From the human T2T-CHM13v2.0 reference genome, Homo sapiens: a stretch of 64,000 nucleotides of DNA. A model generated the notes under the pieces. The model did not search any database, was not told the origin of the DNA, and saw only the letters and a program-made list of their open reading frames with translations. Position numbers and translations under genes: made by a program. Shown here in pieces: positions 56,031 to 64,000 of this stretch. Position 1 is the first letter of the stretch; each line of letters starts with the position of its first letter. Location: NCBI RefSeq assembly GCF_009914755.1, contig NC_060927.1. One strand, written 5' to 3'.

Positions 56031-59000
56031 TAATGCCTTTAGCCAAGTCACTGAAACATTCTGATTAAATGTCCAATCTTCTGTCTGGTTTAGACTCTAA
56101 TCACAGTCATTATCTGATCTTTTAGTTAAATGTTATAAAACTTACATAGTGTATCTTATTAATCCATATAAGCCTTTCTTCCATGCACATCTGAGATACA
56201 TAAAATAACAGTAATAAAAACAAGAGTAATAACATTAAAAACAGTATTTAGAGAGTGCTTACTATAGGCCAGGCTTGGAGCAGTTCATATATATTATTTC
56301 AATGAATCTTCATAACAAAGTTTTGGTATTTTGTTTTATTTTGTTTTTATATATAATTACCTGCTCTACCATTCTTCCTTGCTCCCCTGCCCCAATGCCA
56401 CAAACCACACCCTTGGCTCAATGTGTTCACATGTACATAAACAAATCCACCCCACAGGGTCACTAACAACACAGTTCCAACTCCTAACCCACTCATAGCA
56501 TCACCTCTTATGGAACTTGGAGATTTGGGATCTCAGAAAAATCTCTTTCTGAAACATACCAAAAATTCCCTGAACAAGAAATCCATGCTGTTTCATTTAG
56601 AATCAGAGAAACAGCCATCATTTGACCAAGCCATATTCCAAACGTGCACTACTGAGAAGCACACTCCCTAGAATAAACAAAGCCAAGGACCACCTTTATC
56701 ATTCTTGCTCCTCATACCATAAACCTGGAGTCTGTGGTTTTCTTGGGGCTTCTCATTTTCACTTTTCTCTTATACCTGTTTCAAGATGTGAGGTGTAAGC
56801 ACAAACAATGGCAGCTGCACGCATGGGCACCTTCATCCCTGCAAACATCTTGATTAAATGCCAATTAATTTAAAATCTCCCAAGTGGTCTGATTTGAGGG
56901 TTCCCTGGACTCCTTTATCTACAGGCAGCAATTAGAGCCCAGTTGGGGGAAGACTCATCACCATAGGGAAGCAGAGGCTCTGGAATACCTTGGAAAGAGT
57001 CATCCCTGAGACTTCATGGTCTCCAGGTCAAGGGAGCTGTAAGGAATCTAAGCCTTCATTAATCCCCCAGACACTCACACGATTATTTGTCAAACAAGAT
57101 TCAGATGATTGGGTCTCAGAGACCCAACATTACTTTGCTGATTAAATGTTGAAAATGAATTCATAAACATGTAAAGGCATAGTTTCTCCATTTAATTATC
57201 TAGAGATTAAGAAACACTAAATCTGTCACACCCAATCATTTGGGACATGCTTGACAAATATCACCTTATTCCCTCCCTAAAAACAACCAGAGACAGTGGA
57301 AAGAGAATGGGCTCTTCAGCAGGTTGAAACGGGGTCCTTACTTGAGCTGTGCCACGAACTAGCAGTTAGGGGTCTTGGAAATGGTGTCTCTCAAAAGGCG
57401 AATTTTCCTCATTGTAAAATATGATCAACTCACATGAAACATGAGGATTAAATGAGATGGCCGGTGACACACAGTAGATGCTTTAACTTCCTTTGTTCTA
57501 CAGTCACAACAATGAAACACCCTTCACCATAATGCTCCAAAATCAAAGTTCTTGCAGGACAAACAACAATTCCCAATTCAACACAGCAGCAGATCAGTTG
57601 TCCAGACACTACAAACTCAGTAACTCCTCGGCCTACCTGACAACTTACTTTATTAACTGGCTAAAACATCCTAAAACTGTCTGCATAACACTCTTCCCTG
57701 GGGAACTAGAGACAAAAATGATTATTTGGACATGATCTGAAAAACAAACAGTTGCATCCATTTTACATGGGGTAAAAATATCCTAGATGAGAAGGACAGG
57801 TTAAAAATCAATATAAATATGAAGGACCATCAAAAAAACATTCAAACAGAATTCAATTTGGGCTTAACTTTGATGAACTGTACATGCTCAAAAATAAAAT
57901 GAAACCAACCAAAATACATTTATGTCTACAGCTGTAACATTAACATTGGTGGCAGCTTGTTTACATTTTCGGCCAAGAAGTGTTCTTCCATCTGGTCACA
58001 TACCCGGCATTACACACATATTTTAAAGTTATTTAAATATTTCATGTGTGAAAACAGAGAGGTTACTTCATGTAGGCAAATCTGGAAGAAGTCAAGTGCT
58101 AAATATGCTGCAAAGATCCTGCTTAACCCACGGAAACTGACATTTTTCTTTCAGCCTGCCAGTTAAATGCCTACTCTGCTTTTTAATTCATTCACCCACT
58201 TCTACAAACATTTGCACTGACATTTTGCCAAAAAGCTATCCCACAAATCTCTAATGGGGAGGGAAGAAAGGAGTACAACAAATATAACATAAATTTTAAA
58301 CTCTGGGGACATCTTCAAAAAACTCTGGCCCAGGTAAGGCTCCAAATCAAGCCAGATAAAATAAAAGACATCAGTACTTTTAAACTGTACTACTATAGAT
58401 GCATGCCACAAGAAGCCACCCATTCATATGGGAGATAATCTGACTATTGCATGACCCATTTCCTATTCCCAACAAAGATAAATTGGGATTGTATAATAGA
58501 CCCACTATTTCGCAGACTAACAGTATACTACTGGTCATATTTCTAACGTGAATAAAACCTTGTGAAATGAAGTAAACCAACCCGTCAGAGTTTTATACAC
58601 CAGCATCCAGAATCTACGTGTTATACACATGTATCTCTACTTTTCAAAGTATATACACAAGGTAGGCAAATGATTAAGTACTAATTTCTAAATCTTCCTA
58701 GAACAAATAAGACCCCAGACCTGGTCATGTACAGCCAGCAGCAGAAAAACCCATCCAGCAAAACCAGGCATGGCTAAGCTTCCACTATGGAAAGTGCTCG
58801 CTTCCCCTTGGGGTTCTGATGGACCGAAGAGAAGAAAAGAAAACAAATGAATTCAGAGGGCCCCTGGGAACTTGACAGCGTAACCCTGGAATTCCCCAAG
58901 TTCTGGACCCACCACAGGAACTTTTTATTTCTTGGGCTCATCTGTCTATTCTAATTGTGCTTAACATATCACAGATTCAGTTTTGTTATGAGATTCTCAA

Positions 59001-59167
59001 TGGGGCAGCCCCCTGCTCAGTCCTGAAATGGCTGGCATTCCACTATGAGGACAAACCACGATCCTCTGGCCACTGGAGTGACAAGCTGGCTTCCCACCAC
59101 TCCGTGCTCCCATGCTCACACTTGCCTCCCAGCCTGTTACTCGAACCTTCCGAATTCTGTACTGTGA

Positions 59168-59545
<378 letters not shown>

Positions 59546-59807
59546 GTCACCGTCTTACTTTATTTAATATTTCAACCACTTTATATCCCTTTTTACTTTG
59601 CTCTACTTCAACCTTTTTTCATGACACTTATTCTATTAAATAAAAAAAACTATATTTATTTATGTCTATTGCTTATTATTCTGTTTGCCCTGGCAGAATA
59701 GTATAAAGACAGCAAAAGTCCTTTTCTATATTATATATTGCTCACTCATATGTCCCAAGGACCTAGAACAACTCCTGGCACAGAAGAGCCTCATAAATGT
59801 TTGCTGA

Positions 59808-60148
<341 letters not shown>

Positions 60149-61069
60149 CATAGAACAATTTTCTGGGGTTCCACTAAGAAAAGACTAAGCTGGGACTTCT
60201 GATCTCCCAGGAGACAGACTCTACACTGAAGGAAAGAACCTGGGTGATAGCTCCTAGTAGAATCTAGACAGCAAGCTCCAGCAGAGTAACAGAGATGTGG
60301 ACAGACTGTATACCTCTCAAGGCAGGCCACTGCACGGTCTCTGCAACTTGAGGTTCGAGGCTCTCAACTCTAGTACCCACCCACCATATCTCTCCTTCAT
60401 TCCGTCATTCATCGCATGTGTGGTGAGCCGGGCAGCATGGTTAGACTTGCTTGTACTTCTCCACATTCCACAGAAAAGAGGTGCCTGCTATCAAGTCCCT
60501 GCCTGCACAGGCCAGGCCCCACCCAGATACACATACACGTCTGAAAACCTTTGGCCTCAGGCTCAGCCCTGCACGCTGCCGAATCAGCCCTGAGCAAACC
60601 TGTCAGTGGACTGGGAGCCCCGTCCCGTCTCCCTGCGGCCTAGATCCCCTGTGATGCCTCAAATCCACTGCGCACCATAATCCGAAGGGCAGTACAAATG
60701 ACAAAGTACAGCACACTGTAACAGACACCCACGCCACAGGCCACCCCCAACTCTGAGCTACTGAACTCCACAGTCATTTAAGACCTTTGTAACTTCCTCC
60801 CACGTTTACACTCATTTTTAAATATGTCTTCTATCCTGTGACTCACAGTGTGTGGCGGGAAGAGTAAGGTTAAGAGCACAGACTCTGCAGTTAAACCAAG
60901 CTTGCTCTGCTACTTATTGTTAGCTGTGTTACCTATCTATGCCTTCTTCTTTACTGGCAATATGGCAATAGTAATTGCACCTATGAAGTAATTATGAAGA
61001 CGAATGAATTTAAAAGGTAAAGCTCATGGAACAATGAACATAGAACACACTCAAGATATGGCTCCTATA

Positions 61070-61410
61070 AACAAAATGAGGTATAGCCACACCATAGAAT
61101 AGAATTAAGCTATAAAAAGAAATGAAGTATTGTTACACGGATAACCTTAAAAACATTATGCTAAGTCAAAAAAGCCAGACACAAAAGGCCACCTATTATG
61201 CAATTCCATTTATATGAAATGTCCAGAATAGGCAAATCCATAGATTCAGAAAGGAGATTTGTGTCTGCCAAGGGCTGTTGGGGAGTGGGGAGTAGAAGGT
61301 GACTGCTAATGAGTATGGGGTTTCTTCTGGGGGCAATAAAAATATTCCAAAATTAGAGAGTGATCAATGTGAATTTTGTACATATAGTAAAACCACTAAA
61401 TTGTACACTT
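61070..61410 (+). mobile_element. Old L1M (L1MB/ME-like) 3'-end fragment
   Basis: ATAAAAAGAAATGAAGTA...AACCTTAAAAACATTATGCTAAGT.AAAAAAGCCAGACACAAAAGGCCAC...ATTCCATTTATATGAAATGTCCAGAATAGGCAAATCCATAGA. Confidence 0.85.
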
Positions 61411-61421
61411 TTTTTTTGTCT

Positions 61422-61730
61422 GTTTTTTTTTTTTTTTTTTTTGGAGATGGAGTCTCACTCTGTTGCCCAGGCTGGAGTGCAGTGCCACGATCTTGGCTCA
61501 CTGAAACCTCCGTCTCCCGGATTCAAGCGATTCTCCTGCCTCAGCCTCCAGAGTAGATGGGATTAAGGGCATGCACCGCCATATCCCGCTAATTTTTGTA
61601 TTTTTTTTTTAGTAAAGACAGGGTTTTGCCATGTTTGCCAGGCTGGTCTTGAACTCCTGACCTCAAGTGATCCCCCTGACTCGGCCTCCCAAAGTGCTGG
61701 GATCACAGGCGTAAGCCAGCATGCCTGGCC
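61422..61730 (-). mobile_element. AluS (Sx/Sz-like)
   Basis: Poly-T then a dimeric Alu ending GGCC at 61730. Confidence 0.93.
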
Positions 61731-62949
61731 GATTTTTAAAAGGTTATTATTATTTATCTTCCTCTTCTTTGAGCTACTCCAAGACAGTGCCCAAGTCTTA
61801 CTGCTGTATCCTCTAAAGTATCCAACACAAAGCAAGACATGCTGTCAAATAAACTAAGTAACCATGACAAATGTGGAGCCAAAATTTTCTAGGAAACATC
61901 AACAAAGACTAGAACAACTGGGCAGCTTCGAGGAATGATTGGCAAACTTGGGCAAAGTTTTATCCCCCAGGCATCTGGAGTCGTGCCAGTGTACACTGAC
62001 TCACTGTGGCTGAGGGTCAAGGGCAGGTTCTGCCAACAGGGGAAATGATCAGAAAGCAGAACTGAGACAGACCAGTTCAGGGAGAGAAAATATGGGGCGA
62101 GATGCCTCCTTCATCCTTTCACCAGGATTCACACTCAGAGACACCACTCAGCATGCACAGCACCCATTTCCAAAATGCAGACCTATTTGTATGGTCACTC
62201 TTCAATCGATGTAATTGCTACAAAAGCTAATAAACTGGAAAGACAGGTTGTGAGGCGAAAGAAAGCCATAGGAAGCAAATAGCCCTTATTTCAAAGCAGC
62301 AGGTTTTTGTTTGCTTTGTTTTTTGCTTGAACTGACAGTCAGTAAAGTATTCTTAAATATATTCTAGCACTCAGCTGAACCACCTTGCAACCTGCTTCAT
62401 ATACAGGTTCTAGAGGTCATTTTGTAGCAGGACATTTTAAACGGGGGAAAAACAGAAGGAGAAATAAGCAATTGCCTCAAACAAGGAAAACAGTCTCTTT
62501 ACTTCATAGTGAAAAGAAAAAACAGACTAAGTTTCTTGCATCCTTTTGAATCCAAAAGCAATAAATACAGGAAATGTTAAATAATGAGAGCAAAATAAAA
62601 ACCAATGTCCATTTGTTAGTATGGCTAACATAATTGAGAGGTGGATGACTGCCAGAAGCAGGTGAAGGTCAGTTGACTGGCAAATCCTCCAATTTTGCCC
62701 TAGAACTTTCAGAATGAGCTCCCCACCACTGACCCCCACTTCCAGTCACTTTAACCAAGATGCCCATCATCCTCTGTCTGTAGCATTCTCACTGCATTTC
62801 CAAATTACTCCAGGTTTTCCTGTTCCTACTTTTATGACCATCTGAAATCCAGATTCTTAAAAGTGCTTTTTAAAATATCCCATCATCTTTCATTTCTGTT
62901 AGCTACTTTTCTTTCTCCTTATCACTGCCCTAAATCCAGTTTTCAGTTA

Positions 62950-62951
62950 TC

Positions 62952-62986
<35 letters not shown>
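62950..62986 (+). repeat. (CT)n microsatellite
   Basis: Read directly. Confidence 0.9.
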
Positions 62987-63612
62987 GAGACCATTTTCAT
63001 TGCTTTTTACCTGGTTTATATTCAGTATATTGACTTTCTGATCCATCTTCCATATAGTCCCAGCATTATAAATGGACAAATGAATGAATGAGGCCTAGAC
63101 TCCTTAACCTGGTCTTTGAGACCAACCACACCCACCAACCACATCACCCCTCGAAGGTCTTCTCCCACTTCTGGACACTCACTCCACATCTCCACACCAA
63201 CCAACCGCCATTCCATCCCGTGTTGACCCTGTCAGAATTTAACACTCCTTTCTTTAGGAGGCACTTCCGTGACAAATGGTTTTTCACACTAAGGTAGCAT
63301 TTAATAGAAGGTAACTTTTATCACTGGACACCTATGCAGTTTCAGCTCACCACAGATTTAACCATGTCTTATCTATAATGCCTTACTGTGCCCCTAAGTA
63401 CCTAAGTAACAAAATAGGGGTTGCAACAGCAGCAGTGGTGTTCCCACCTGAGTGTCACTCAATGCATGCACGCTGAATATGCAAATGAATCAATGACCCA
63501 AACAGAAAAATAGCTGAAAATATTTATTTTGCACTACGCTAAATGTTCCACATACATTTCTGGTGTTTTTGGTGTTTTGTTTTTTTTTTTATTCTCAAAA
63601 GACTTACAAGTA

Positions 63613-64000
63613 CAGGCGCACCTTGTTTGATGGTGCATTGCTTTACTGTGCTTCTCAGATAGTTGTGTTTTTTACAAATTGAAGGTCTGTGGCAATCCTG
63701 CATCGAGCAAGTGAGCACCACTTTTCCAACTGCAGGGTTCACATGCGTCTCTGTGTCACATTATGGTAATTCTCTTAATCTTTCAAACGTTTTCATTGTT
63801 ATTATATGTTATGGTGATCTGTGATCTTTGATGTTACTATTGTAATTGTCTTGGGGCACCATGAATCACACTCATAGTGTGTTCTGACTGCTCCACAACC
63901 AGCTGTTACCCCAGCTCTCTCCCTCCCCATGGGCTTCCCTATTCCTTGGGACATAACAACTTTGAAGTTAGGCCAGTGCATAATCCTACAGTGGCCTCTA
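63613..64000 (+). mobile_element. Tigger1 DNA transposon 5' end (continues past the window)
   Basis: TA target site (63611-63612), then CAGGCGCACCTTGTTT...TTTTTACAAATTGAAGGTCTGTGGCAATCCTGCATCGAGCAAG...TCTCTGTGTCACATT.TGGTAATTCTC. Confidence 0.9.

Noticed and set aside
58794-58804. GTGCTCGCTTC, identical to the first 11 nt of U6 snRNA
   Set aside because: The match stops after 11 nt with no tail or TSD; compatible with chance.

Overview
Primate, almost certainly human, genomic DNA. The Alu S/Y elements, L1PA, LTR12 and THE1 point to this, and the single long ORF matches my recollection of human MB21D2 (C3orf59, 3q29). The only supportable protein-coding feature is the large terminal exon of MB21D2 on the minus strand (splice acceptor at 9587/9588, stop at 8323-8325). 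It encodes the cGAS/Mab-21-like nucleotidyltransferase core and is followed by a ~1.55 kb 3'UTR with poly(A) signals at 6776-6781 and 6640-6645. Everything from 9588 to the window end looks like one large intron filled with Alu, MIR, L1, L2, MaLR/ERVL LTRs and Tigger/Charlie fossils; exon 1 lies outside the window. The remaining short ORFs in the track are repeat-derived or chance. The most notable signals are: (i) retained acidic catalytic residues but no zinc thumb in this orphan cGAS-like receptor; (ii) a perfect 9-bp-stem hairpin placing the Q311 cytosine in an optimal APOBEC3A loop position; (iii) a compact MARE/E-box/RFX motif cluster in unique intronic DNA; (iv) recent-looking tandem duplications of 74 bp and 101 bp; (v) a ~65-nt pure (TA)n, an inverted Alu pair ~70 bp apart and a G13CG13 tract. 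I found no prokaryote-type system (CRISPR, operon) and cannot support a claim of a wholly new biological system from sequence alone. Repeat subfamily calls were made by eye against remembered consensus sequences.
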